A stretch of 55,777 nt of DNA, counting the filler, from Sphacelaria rigidula (Eukaryota): NCBI GenBank assembly GCA_964200075.2. It is 3 parts of 3 records of this genome, joined end to end, with 100 filler letters (N's around TTAATTAATTAA, not from the genome) between each part and the next. Parts side by side here need not be neighbours in the genome. Positions count along the whole stretch, not along the records: positions 1 to 18,526 come from CAXNAA020000844.1; 2 more parts are not named here. One strand, 5' to 3'. Positions 1 to 12,400 of the stretch are shown here, in pieces. Position 1 is the stretch's first letter. The number at the start of each line of letters is the position of its first letter. A program made the position numbers and the translations under genes. The notes under the pieces are model-generated. The model ran no database searches. It had not been told where the DNA came from and saw nothing but the letters and a program-made list of their open reading frames with translations.

Positions 1-400
1 TTTCTGGTATCGCCACTTCCAGAGACAGCCACAGCTTTTACACTGCCTCATGGGTGCGTCACCAACGCATCATTGGGGGGGGCGGGTATCTCCGACAAGG
101 CTATTTGTGGTCTTTGCGCAAAGCAAGCACTCTGAGTGAAAAAATGCGTCAAGTATCTAGTAGGGGAACCAGGTACCGATCCAGCCGAACCACGCGCATT
201 GGCATGCGCCCGTGGGATAGACATGAAGCATTGAAAATTTCGTTCCGCAAGAGGGTGTCGTAAACACACATACATCCACACCAATGAAACAGAAAGGGGG
301 CAGAAAAAAAGCATGACATTGAAAAAAAATCACACACACACATACACACTGCGTCGAAGATCGAAAGTGTTCTCGCTTAGCGCCCCAACGATGTTAGGTA

Positions 401-3400
401 CCTCGGTACACCCCACAACGCCGGCACGACCAAGTGCGCCCACGCCGAACGCGCCACCGCATAGTTCTTGAGGGCTCGAACCATACGGGTTTGCACCACG
501 CGGACCTGCTGACCGCCGCCGGAAGCTGGAGTTACGCCGACCTCGTGTTTCATTACTTGCCAGAACTCGGGCAGGGGATCATTGGGGGAGATACCTGATC
601 AGAGCGGTCGTAATACGGTGCGGGAAAAAAAAGCAGACGAGGACGGGCACCTTTGGTCAATCGATTGACCCTGACGTGTGACCTGATAGGATCCCGAGGG
701 AAGCGCGCCGTGCCGTTACCCATCTTCCTCTTCGGGTTTGCGCGTGTCTGCTGATCCACAAACGGAGCTTACGGTGTTGATACGCTGTACATCCACTTCG
801 GGTCGTTCGTTGCGCTCGTAGTACCCTCGAAATTCGTTGCAGAAAACGTACAGGCAACATGTTACGCGTGGCGTCCATCGCGAACAATAGTCTATGAAAA
901 TCGTCGCTGCTTCGACGACAAGGGTATCTTATCAGAGAATCGCAAAGGACCCTGGTATATTTCAAAAGGCCGCAGCAGTATGCCGACCCGTCGCAACCAA
1001 AATTGCGGTGCTCACTCACCAGCTAATCGGTGGGGCAGCGATGGATACCCAGCAAGAATACCGCGCTCGATCTCGGTGGACGCGAACTCTTCGCACCTGT
1101 CAAACCAGCGGAGAACAAACAACCCACAAAAAATGCATATCGTCGGATCGTGCATGTCGAATCACGCCACATCGCACGAGGAGCAAAACCGTTCGCCGGC
1201 AAATGTGCCCTTGACTGAGAATGTGAGGAGGAGCATGATGCATAGAAGTCAGCCTGAGGTCCTTTGGATGTTCAATCTTGAGCGCACTAGAGATGGACCA
1301 ACGGTCGACCCTCCTCGCGCTGTGAATCGACACCTAGTCGAGTGCATTGAAGCACGCAGGGATATGAACCACGCAGTTCAGCACATGAACCGATAGAATC
1401 TACCGTTTACTCTAGGCTGTTCTCTTCTACACATATTAAAAAATTAAAACCAAAATCATTCGGTGACCGTATAAACCCACAGAAGAATATTTGCCCCGTG
1501 ATCTGCGAGTATAGTATAGCCGCCTTTTTTTGAGAGACTGGCTCGTTTTTGGTGCTTCCTCCGCCCCAAAGTTCAAGTTGCATATTTTCGAAAACGTGGT
1601 TGAGCTGGGTGCTACACCCTGTTTGAGTCAAGACTTGCCGAGAGAGGAATTACTCGCGGGTTTTAGCATGGCAGCAGCCTGCTGAGGGGCATGCCTCTAG
1701 CCCTGCAGTGAAGATGGGTGTATCCCGCCCATTATGTTTATGGTAAGGTACTGGCCAGGCCCCTTGAGCTCCGTAGATAATACATTCTATCAACGCAATT
1801 GACTTATCACAGATCCCGGAAGAGACCACGGGTTACTAACAGGTGAAGCCTACTTTTTGAAAACCGACCCAGGTTTGAGAGAGGGTATTATCAGCACATG
1901 TGCTACATTGCAGCGACACGATGGCCAAGGACTACATGAACGCGACTGCAATCAACGCAAACGAAACTAGACGGGGGGAAAGAGGGGAGAAACAGAAATT
2001 GTGAAAAAGGGTCGAGAAGAAGAGCGCTCTGTACGTACGAAGACGTACGCACGCTGCAGTATCGACAACATTTGGTTTATGTGACATCCGTCACCATCAT
2101 TGTACATTTTGCCCTGAAGATGTTGCCGCCGCACGCCGGTCTGATTGGCACACAGTCAGTGAGGGCGGAAGGAAGGTTGCGACTTTGAAACCCGACAGAT
2201 ACCTCTATGTTCGAGCAAAACCTGTCTTCTATCGTTATTATTATTATTTTATTTGTCGCACTTTGAACCCCTCCCCTTCCTCGGGATGAGTCTGTGGTCT
2301 CAAGGGATCAACCGTTGAACGTGAAAGCATGAGAAGCAAAGGAAGTTCGGCAAGGGCCGATGCCGTGTGAGAGTGCAGATAATCATGATCCAATCCGCGA
2401 TATCATAATGCCATCCATTGCACCAGACATACCTGGGGAGAGATAAGTCGATCCCCCTTGACACTACGGACACGTCCCAAGGAAGGGCAGATGTTGAAAG
2501 TATGGAGTAAACGAAAAACAAATTGACCATACGACAGCAGTGGTACTTCGATGCTTGCCTTGCCACGACGTATCCTTCATGGGGCTGGTCTTCCATGAAG
2601 CTCTGCAGGGCAAGAATGAAATGATCGAGGCTGATATTTCCACCGCTTGCCCCGTTCCAACTGCGCCGAGAGCCCCGCCTACTCACTCCCCTCTCCGCCT
2701 CGTCTCCCGAACCTTCGGACACGCCGCCGCCGCCGACGCCGCCACCACCACCACCAAAGCGCCCACTGTGTAACAAGTGACATCATCAACATGCAGGCGA
2801 AGTAAATAGCGTGAACGCAGTGAGGTGTGCGGCATGCCATGTCAAGACATCACGAACATGAGGGCGAGGCGAAGGCGGGGATGAGGTGCTTACGAGCGTA
2901 CAAAGTACGACAAAGCACAGCACAAGCATACGACATTCCGAGCAAGCTCAACACATCATCCTCATAGGCGAGCACCTGTATGCAGAATAAAACGTGTGTT
3001 TTCGTCGCAAAATGAGACGAAGACACACCAGCGCGTCACTTCGAAGGACAAAATATCTCGGGACTCTTCGGGACAAATTTCGAAGAAATTGATCACCTAC
3101 ACCAATATTCCACAGCGAGAACATATCGACCCTCCGACACCCAAGACCTTAAATACACGGCTCGTTTACCGTTAATGCACCAACTAGTGCCGTGCAAAAC
3201 TCTACTGTAATATGATCGCGACAGAAAAAAAACAGGGCGATAGTGTGTAGCACGGTGGTACGGAAATGGCTACCGCCACACGCAATAGAAACACAACAAG
3301 AAACGAGACAAGTATAGCATGAAAATGGATGCCATGTCAAAACTACAACCACTCGAAAAAATTACCTTTCTCCTTCCCCGGCGCCACCCCCACCACCACT

Positions 3401-6400
3401 GCCACCGTGGAAAATGTGGAAGTGCGCCAGCAGTGCTGCAGGCGAGTTCAACTTTTTCCTGCACTGCGGACATATGAAGCCCTCCACATTGCTGGATGGC
3501 GTGGAGAGCTGCTCTTTTTGTCTTTTCCACTTGGGGCGTAATCGCGTCACCCATTGATGGGGCGCTGCCGCGACCTCACTTCCATCGCCGAGGCCGCCGC
3601 CGGTGGTCGACTCAGTTGTCGTCGTCGCGGTGAAGTCATCGGCAGGGTTTGTCATGACGGTCGCGTCTGGGAGTCAGTATCATGTCGAGGATTTGGGAAA
3701 CAATTACGGTCAGAATGATTCCTTCGAGAGCGTACATGAAAAAAGCTCAAGGGGTCGTACGAGACGCACGTAGGTGACTCGACTTGAAGGAGCGGGTAGG
3801 GTACCACAGTGAAATAACACAAAACTTCAACTTGATTTCAACAGCAACCAGCGCCTGATAGATGTTACCTACGCTGAAAAAACATGTGGCGGGTACCCTC
3901 CAAGGTACCACACAAGCTCTGTGCGCTTTGATTCGTGTGGCGGTTTGACTCGAGTCAGCCCATGGCATACGCTCAAGAGATCGGGCGCTGCCTATTTCAA
4001 ATCCCCTCCACTGAGGATGTGGTAGCCACAGCACTGCAGCAGGCCCTCTCGTACACAAGTTCACCTGACGAACTCCGCCGCCTGCCGGGCGACTCACTCC
4101 GAGCGCGCCCTCTGGCAGGTGTTCGGCACTTCGCAGCGTCAGCGACCGCTAGTACCACCACCATGAATTCCTCAGCCTGGGACGTGAGAACGCGGGTATC
4201 GATAGGCAATCCGACTTCGACGTTTGCCTGAAGATATAGAGGCGACGCTCACGACGCAATTCCTCGGCCGAAATCACTAGGTCGTGATATCCCGCATAGA
4301 ATTGTAACACTTGCGCAAGCAGCCTGCTAGGTCCATCTTGACACGCTCAGGGGGACATGAGCACACGGTCACGAACGTGCTTACACCGTGCCGGTACGTC
4401 GTGTTCCAACGTCCCCGCGTTAGGAAATAGTAGCAACAGTGCCGGGGTAAAACTCTCCTATCTCAAGCCTGGAACGCTGCGAACGTATTGGTACACGCCC
4501 TGCAATTACCCCTCGATGGTGCTCACGAAACCGCACTTCTAAGCTATTGCCAGACACGCACAGGCGAAAGATGCACCTATCCCGGCGACCGGACTTTACT
4601 TTCCGCCACTAGAGAGTACGACGCACCGAAGCAACCAATCCCGAATACTGTTCATCATACCTCGCGACTGATCTCGCTTTCCGTCAGCGCCTTCGCCCTT
4701 AGAAAGTCGCGCAGAAGTTCGACAACATCACGCACGTTCAGGAACTCTTCGTTGGCTTCGTCCGGATTTGACGATGGGGTTCCCTGGGACGCTCCACCTG
4801 ATCGGAAGGGATTGGCACATTGGTAGCTTGTCAGAACATGAGGGGGGCGGTAGTATGGATGCATTGACTCGGCAGACGAAAAAGGACTGAAGGAAATGGG
4901 CACTCGTCGTGGGTGGAGATACTGGAGTATCTCACATGGAAAAATGGAAATTGTGGAGGGGAACATAGTAATGCGGCAGACCATGCACTGTCGGCCTAAA
5001 TAGAACTAGCCAGCCCTGGCTTGCGGTGCTACAGGAGTCAGACATGAACTTCCTTTGTTGTATTGCCTTCATCTTCAACGTACAAGGCGGCGCGATCACA
5101 ATCAAAACCGGCCTCCGGATATTGTCCTCCTGTGCTCCGGCAGAGACTGAACAGACTTTGTCGCCACAGGGACAAGAAGCCGATACTCCCTCACACTCGA
5201 CCCGTCCGTCCATCAAGTGTGGATTGCTAAGAGTACCCGTTTCGACTCTCTGTCGCAAACATCAAACGGGAGGAAGTAGAGGAGTGAAATAACTCAAGTT
5301 CCGCACAAAGCATGACTCACTCGGTGTTTGTTGAAAAGCCGCTCGGAGTTGCTGGATGGCTGCATTCCGCTTGGCATTCGCCTCTTCTAGCAGGCGCTGT
5401 TGAACAGCCTCAAGTTCGAGCTCTTTCTCCTCCTTGCTTTGCGGCGGCTTGAAAACCTGCGATGGCGGTGGCGGAAAATACAGCGCCCATGAAAAAGAAG
5501 CGTGGGCGATCACGTGGAGTGGAAGACCCCATCTCTCCGGCGTATTATAATGCACGTTTGGAAGAAATGAGAGGTCCATCTTCAATGTCCTCTCGTGAAA
5601 CATGACATATACGGGAACGTGCTGCTTTACATGTTTAGCTACGGTGGGATGCTGCGGTGAAAATGAGGCATTAGACGCTCAAGATCGCCAATAGTGCCGT
5701 CGATGAGCATGCTTGAAGCTACACCAGGTGCTCTAAAAGGCACCACGTATAATGCGCCGTGTTCTTTTCCCTACTGTTCGCCAAAAAACGGAAGCGACTT
5801 GATGGATGGTGCGGCGCATCATGAAGCACACCACGCATTTGAGTAAATGCCGCATGGGGCTTCGAATCGGCCGCCTACTGCGTGGACGCGCGTAACGAAA
5901 GGAGGGGGTGTCAAATCGCACCGACTTAGACGACAATGAACACTCGCCACATCCGGCCCAACACGCTCACGCACCCGCACAATGCTCTTCGCCATGGTGA
6001 CCAGAACCGCCACGTCAAGATCGGACACCCGTAACACCAGATCTGACGCGTGCACAGTGAAGTAACGCGCCACAACCTGCGCCGGTTCTGGAAATCGGTC
6101 TTCGTCATCTTGTACTTCAACACCAGCGCTGACTTCTGTGCCTGCTATCCCAGCTCCGTCGGCGTCCGTTCTCTCACTTTTGCTACCCTCCACGACACCA
6201 TCCACCCCAATTTTCTCAGGAGGTCGAAGCTGGCGAACGGGACAGTATTCGTCGGCAAAGAGGCGAACGGCTGCTCGGATGATTGGACTGTTCCGCTGAT
6301 GTTGCCATGGGTAAAAGCACTTCAGTCATGTTCGAAAACTCGAAATTTTAGCCAACATGGCATGCCTCCGCGATTCGCTTTGTGCTTTACGTGGATGAAC

Positions 6401-9400
6401 CACTTCGCGATCAGCAAAGCTGAACGACATCAAGCATTTCCACCACACGTGATCGGCGCCATGAGCATCTTCCCGGTCGTGTTATTGGCTCGGCGGTTTG
6501 AAAGGCATACCGACTCAGAAGAGCGGAAGCACAAAGTCACCAATCGGCGAAGGGAAAACTGCACAATTGTGATCCGGATCGGGAGAACAACATTTCGAGT
6601 CGGGATATTGTTTTTCAGGCTCGGGACATTTTTTTATGTGACTCGCAAGTTCACACGCCTTTGTGAAGCGGTTCGATGATGATCGTGCGCTTTTTCTTTC
6701 CCAACCGGTTCGGAGGCGGTCACGTTAAGTTTGTGCCAGTTTCAAAATGTTCATGAGAGAGGTTGTTGTTCACGTTGAAAAGCAATGCTAAAAATCGCGC
6801 ATATACCTCGGGGGTTGCTTGCCCTGCCGCTACTGACGCCGGCCCCTGCTCAGACGGAACACCACCTGTCGAGGTCTTAGTCCCTGCCGCACCTCCATCC
6901 ACCAATCCCGTTGCAGTCCCGGTCACCGAGGTTGCAGCGATATCGCCACCTTTGCCTTGTTCGCTCGTCAGGGTGCCTCTGTCCCCGTCAATACTTGCGG
7001 GGGATATAGGCGCTGCCAAGGTCCAAGCTATGCTCATGTCAATCTCTTTACTCACTCGACCATCACGGTCAGTGAGCGGGACCCAACGTCGAGCTGGATC
7101 GGCCCCTCCGAATAGAAGCAGCTCTGCGCGTGAGCCAGCGTTGGATGATACGCCGCGAGGGTTGTCTGAGGGACCGGGGTTGACATCTTCGTCCGTCAAC
7201 AAGATCAGCCGCGCCCCACCCCCGCTTGACGCCATGCCGCCCCCGTCACCGCCAACGCTTGACGCCAAGCCAGACTCGACATCACCTAGTAGGCAAGCGG
7301 GGTCCAGTGAGAAGAAAAAGCTCTCTGATGTCTCGTCCGCAACCGTGCCGCTACCGGCCGACGAGCGGGCCCCATTCTTCGTAGCAGCAGAAGGTAACGG
7401 CTGCCGCTCTCCCGCCCCCACGCCAGCCAGGGGACTAACATCTCCTGCCGTTCCTCCAACACTCTGTGCGCTGATAGAACTACTAGCGATCTGTCCTTCG
7501 GCAGATTCCGCGCTACTGGTTGACATTTCCTCCTCAACTTGAACGATATGAGCGTCAACTGAGGCACCGCCGGGCTCCACCGACACGACTACCAAACGTC
7601 TTTGCCCACTCAGATGGCGTAATCGTGGACCGTTGAGCGACGTGTTTCCAGCTCCCTCTTCTTCAGTTCTTGAGGCGACGTCCCGCCAACGATGCAAGCT
7701 AACAGCGAGGCCCGACGGCACCCAGCCAAGACGCAATTTAATGTCTCCAGCTACGTCGCGGAGACTTTGTGGACGAAACCAGGGGCGATATCTCGCCAAC
7801 GCTGACATTATTGCCATATTTTCGCCACGAGTTTTCGATGCCGTCCCCCCTCCCCAACCCCAGCGTCTGCGGAGGGTTTCCGGCGGCGCCGGGATTACCT
7901 CCCCTCGATCGAGGCCACTTCCTTCGCGATCGTGGGAGTTTTCAACACCAGTGCCTTTGCTGGTGATCGCCGCGGCACCGGGAGCGTACAGCGGATATCT
8001 TGCCCAGTCGTCGGGAGCGCCAGGAAGGTCTGCCCACGCTTCGCCCAGCACTTGACCACCCGCATCCCGCAGTCGTATATTTGCCGCGGCTTCTGGCTGA
8101 GCTTCTGCCTCGTCGTCTTCGTCTTGCTCTCCGATTCGCTCCGAGTTTTCGCCACGAATTCCGACCGCGACGGGGTCGATACCTGTGTGACTGTCGGCGT
8201 TTAAGCTCTCTCGAGCGACTCCTGTTGGTGAGGAGTCGTGTGATGGTCCGCTTACCCGACTCGGTCGTTGCCTGCGTCTTCGACGAAGGCGACAGCGGCA
8301 GGCGAACTCGAGCTCGATACTGTTTTCTCTGCCGCTGGTCGGCGGCGCCACCGACGCCGCAAGGAAAGTTCGAGTCTGACCCTCCACCTGTATTCGTGTC
8401 CGCGGTAGTGAACAGCAGCAAGAATAGGAAGTACAGTCAGATCAGGAAGAACCTCCATCAGCGGCTACAACACAGTATCACTGGACAGAAACAACAATCA
8501 GTTTTTTGTCGCCGATGACAAGAAGCACACCACATGAAAAATCACTGGACCGCGCTTACCTCCACCTCGATGGTTGCCGATCTCCTCAACGCTGTCTCTC
8601 CCGCCAACAGTTGCAGCTCCGAAACAGCGACTCGAAACACCCCCGCAACTGTCTCCCCGTTGCCAATATCGCCCACCCTCTCTCCTTTCACCTGTTGTTC
8701 GTCCTCGCCATCAACGCTACCGTCCACGCCCGAGGCCAACACACGACCCTCGTCCATATCCCCCTCTCCGTCTCGAGCCTCAGGTCTACTTTCATCGCTC
8801 AACTGCGCATGTCCGATGGCGTCGACGCCAGTTCCGTGCCCCTCGCGACTGCTCTGCGCCACCACGGTTCCATAGCCGCACTGAACTGAGAAAGGTTCAA
8901 GCAGCGGGCGCGAGTTAGCGGTAGCAAGGCCCTGCCCGAGCCACGTGCGTGCAACTGCCGCCAAGACGCGGTCGCCTCCACCGAGCAGTTGCGCCAAGCA
9001 GCCCGCGTCCCCGCCGACACAGTTTACCCCGTCATTTGGTCTCCTGTCACCACTTGGCCAGTTCTCTGCGGTCACAGGAAATCTCCCCAGCAGCTCTGGA
9101 ACATTCTCGCCATCACCTCTTCGATCGTGCTCCCGCCACCTGGAAGTGTCAGGGTGACGGCTTGATGTGCCTCCCGCGTCTTCCTCGGCGCTGTAGAAGC
9201 AGGGTAGGAGCGACGCCTCGTTCAGTTGAACATCCACAGACTCGCCAGGGCCGGAGCTGCGCATCGTCAGGGCGCCCGAAGAGCGAAACGCAAGAATATT
9301 CTTGCCGCTGTGGCGGCCCGATCGAACGGTAGGGTCCTGCATGAGCAGAAGGTCTACATTTGACCACCGGACATCCATTGACAGCGACCGTCCCGAGAGA

Positions 9401-12400
9401 TACAGATAGTGCCAGCCGGGAAGCATGAATTTCTCGGCGATAGGCCGCTTGGACCCTTCACTGGCCGCCTGCGCTGCTGCAGCCTCCGCCACCGCCTCCG
9501 AAACTGCCTCCGCGGGATCGCCACCCATGTCATTATCGGCGACGGTTGTACCCTCCGGCAGGCCCGGAGAAGCCTTAGTGATCCTAGCTACCCCTTCCAT
9601 CGCGGCCGATGTCTCTTCGGCCACCCTTTGCAGGTCGGAGTGGGAGCTAGCGCCGCGACCTCGTGGCCGCCTCTGCGGAATGCCGTCAGTGCTTGCTGCA
9701 GACGGTACAGCCAACAGGCCCTCTTCGTCGTGAAGGTCCTCGAGAGCCTCTTCCACCAAAGCACCGTTGTCCAGCGTGTCAAGCCGGAAGAGGGCCTGTC
9801 GGAAGATATCGTTCGACCGTCGCTCGCCACTTTTTTCTTCATCTCTCCGCGGCGTGCTCGATTCACGCGCCTCACCCTCTTGTGTAAAAACATCCTGATC
9901 CCGACTGCCATCGCCTGCTTCTCTCGACTCCACGACAGGCCCTTGACCTAAACCCCTCGAAGCTACAGCCTGACCCGCTCGCGAAACAGCGCTCGCAATC
10001 TTTCTCCATCTCTGACTCGCCGCCGCTGGCTGCGGTGTCGCTGCAACCGTAGCAACTGCCGGAGTCTCACCATTTTCTCCTCCTGTACCTGCCTTATCAT
10101 CTTCACCCCCACCCCCTCCCTCCCGCTCGGCAAGTCGTACTATCGCGAGTTTAAGCTCGGGATACTGCCCGCCAGCAGCCCAGCGTCGACGAAAAGAGTC
10201 CGCAACGGTCCGCGCGACTTCCAAAACCGGCGGCAGTAGCGTCCCAGCCTGCACGTTGCGGGCGCTCCCCTCGAGCGACATGCGGTAATCACTCCACATT
10301 CGGAAGGTTCCACCCAACTTTGATACGTCGGCGTCGTTCTCAGCTCCATCTTCAGCAACGCCACCACGTGTTCGCCCGCTGACCCCATCGCTGTCGCCCA
10401 CACCTTCTCCGATCGAATTGATGCCCTTCACGACAGGCCGACCAGGACTCAGTATACACGTAGATCCGTATCCGAGTCGAGCAGCCGTTGCCTCATCGAG
10501 GACGACGGGGTGCGTCAAGGAGCCCGCGGACATGAGCCACGGCAACGCAGGCTCACCATCCACCCCGTTAGCACCTCGTGAGTGCAGTCTGTATGGTTGT
10601 TGAGAGATTGCGCGTGGTTTCGCAAGAAGAATCGTGAGTCGTGCAAATTTCAGTCGCATTCACTCATTGCCATGAGCACAAGTTGCCTAGAAAAATGGGC
10701 AAGCGAGAGGGTGAAACAACGTCCAATCGCAACCAGAAAAAGCACGACTCGGTTTTGCAGAATACTCAAAACCAGACGGAATCTTAGAGTAGGGTCGCAC
10801 ACCCTAGCGCCCTTCCCGTTTGGAAATGTGGGCAGTAATTATCCGAAACGTAACCCATCTCACCGCCTGCTAGCCTTCGTCCGACCTATGAACATTCGGA
10901 ACCGACCCTCCATTTCGCTCGCGAATAAGACCGCCTGCACCGGAGTTTGAAACGCCCTATTCTCGGGCCCGTCTCTATCCGGGTCGGCCTGCTCAAACCG
11001 CGCGACGCAAAAGTATCAAAGTTAGGGAGCACCGCTCTGGGCTGTCAATGATTTCATCGTACTCGTGTCACTGGAATTACGAGCTAGAAGTTTGTTGGAT
11101 TTAATCGAGAGCTACTGCGGGAGAGGTTGTCATTGGCCGTCTCGCAGCACGCGTGCATTTTCAATTTAACCCTGAGTAAGTGTAGCATTCGCAATTTTCT
11201 GTGGTTCAGTCACCTTTTGACAAAGTCGTGCCTCCACCCTGTGTACAACGACTCTTTGGACCATGATCTCTCTCAGGCAGGTGCTGATTTCCCACGCCGA
11301 TAGCTGGAGGCCCTGTATCCTGGCTGCGTAGCGCAGTAGTTCCTCGTACTGGATATGTTGATAAATCATGGGGAGATAAGGGTCAGCGTGGCTGAAAGTG
11401 TTGCATGCATTGGTTGTGTTGCGTATACGTACTCAAGAGGGCGTCCTGATCGAAGTGACTGCACCATAACGTCCCCTGTGCCGAGAGGTGAGCATATCTT
11501 CTCGACACGTTTCGAATAAGCCTCAGATTTGTCTGCATTAAAAAAAAAACTACGTGAACAAGCAATCACGCAGCAAAATCCACGACGCCAATAGTCTCTT
11601 GAACACAAACGCAAAAACTTATCTCAGCACGGGAATCGACCGAGACAGCTCTTGCTTATACGTAAATCCGCAGATATCCCCCTAGCAATGCCAGCAAGTC
11701 CACTCAATGATGTCGAGAAGAAATCGAGGCATCGCCCAAGTCTAGTGGGTACCTGAGGATCTCCTTCTGTAAGATCTCTCATGAATTCCGGATCCAGGGG
11801 AGGATTATCGGTCGGAGGGGGTTCTCCCATGTCCTCCAGGCGCCACCCCCGGGCCTCTTTGCGCAAGAGCAGGATATCACGGTACGACATGTGTCGCTCC
11901 AATTCCTGGCGTTTGGCGCGTAGTGTAAGCCGAGGTATAGTAGCGAAGCATGCGATCGTGGCAGGGACGTAATGACTTCAGAACCGTAACAATGGGTAAC
12001 GTCTAAGTTGTACGCGATGGCCAACTCGTGTTCGTTGCGTTTGCGCGTGGGGGGCAATTGAACTGTCATTTGCGCAGATAAGCAAACAAATTGCCATGGG
12101 ATTGCATCGCAACAAACACATAGCGGATGCCTCCTCGTGCAAGGGAAGCTGATCAGGGTGCTGAGCAGCGAATTTTTGTATTGCAGTCACAACACAGTAG
12201 ATGGACAACATAACCACCGCTATCGCTACGGCCTCTATTAGCACCACGATTCCACATGCCGACAGAGTGCTCCATCCCCACGTAAATCTCACCGCTAACT
12301 TTGCAAGTCGTTCTCTCTGCTGCTTAGTGCCCAGTTTCCTCTCTTCCCGCAGCGTACCGAAAGTCTGGAGGTACTGCCACCTTTGGCCGGCAGACACCGG

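Noticed and set aside
6763-10603. Long plus-strand ORFs (e.g. 6763-7542, 9409-9951)
   Set aside because: Antisense shadows of the GC-rich minus-strand exons.
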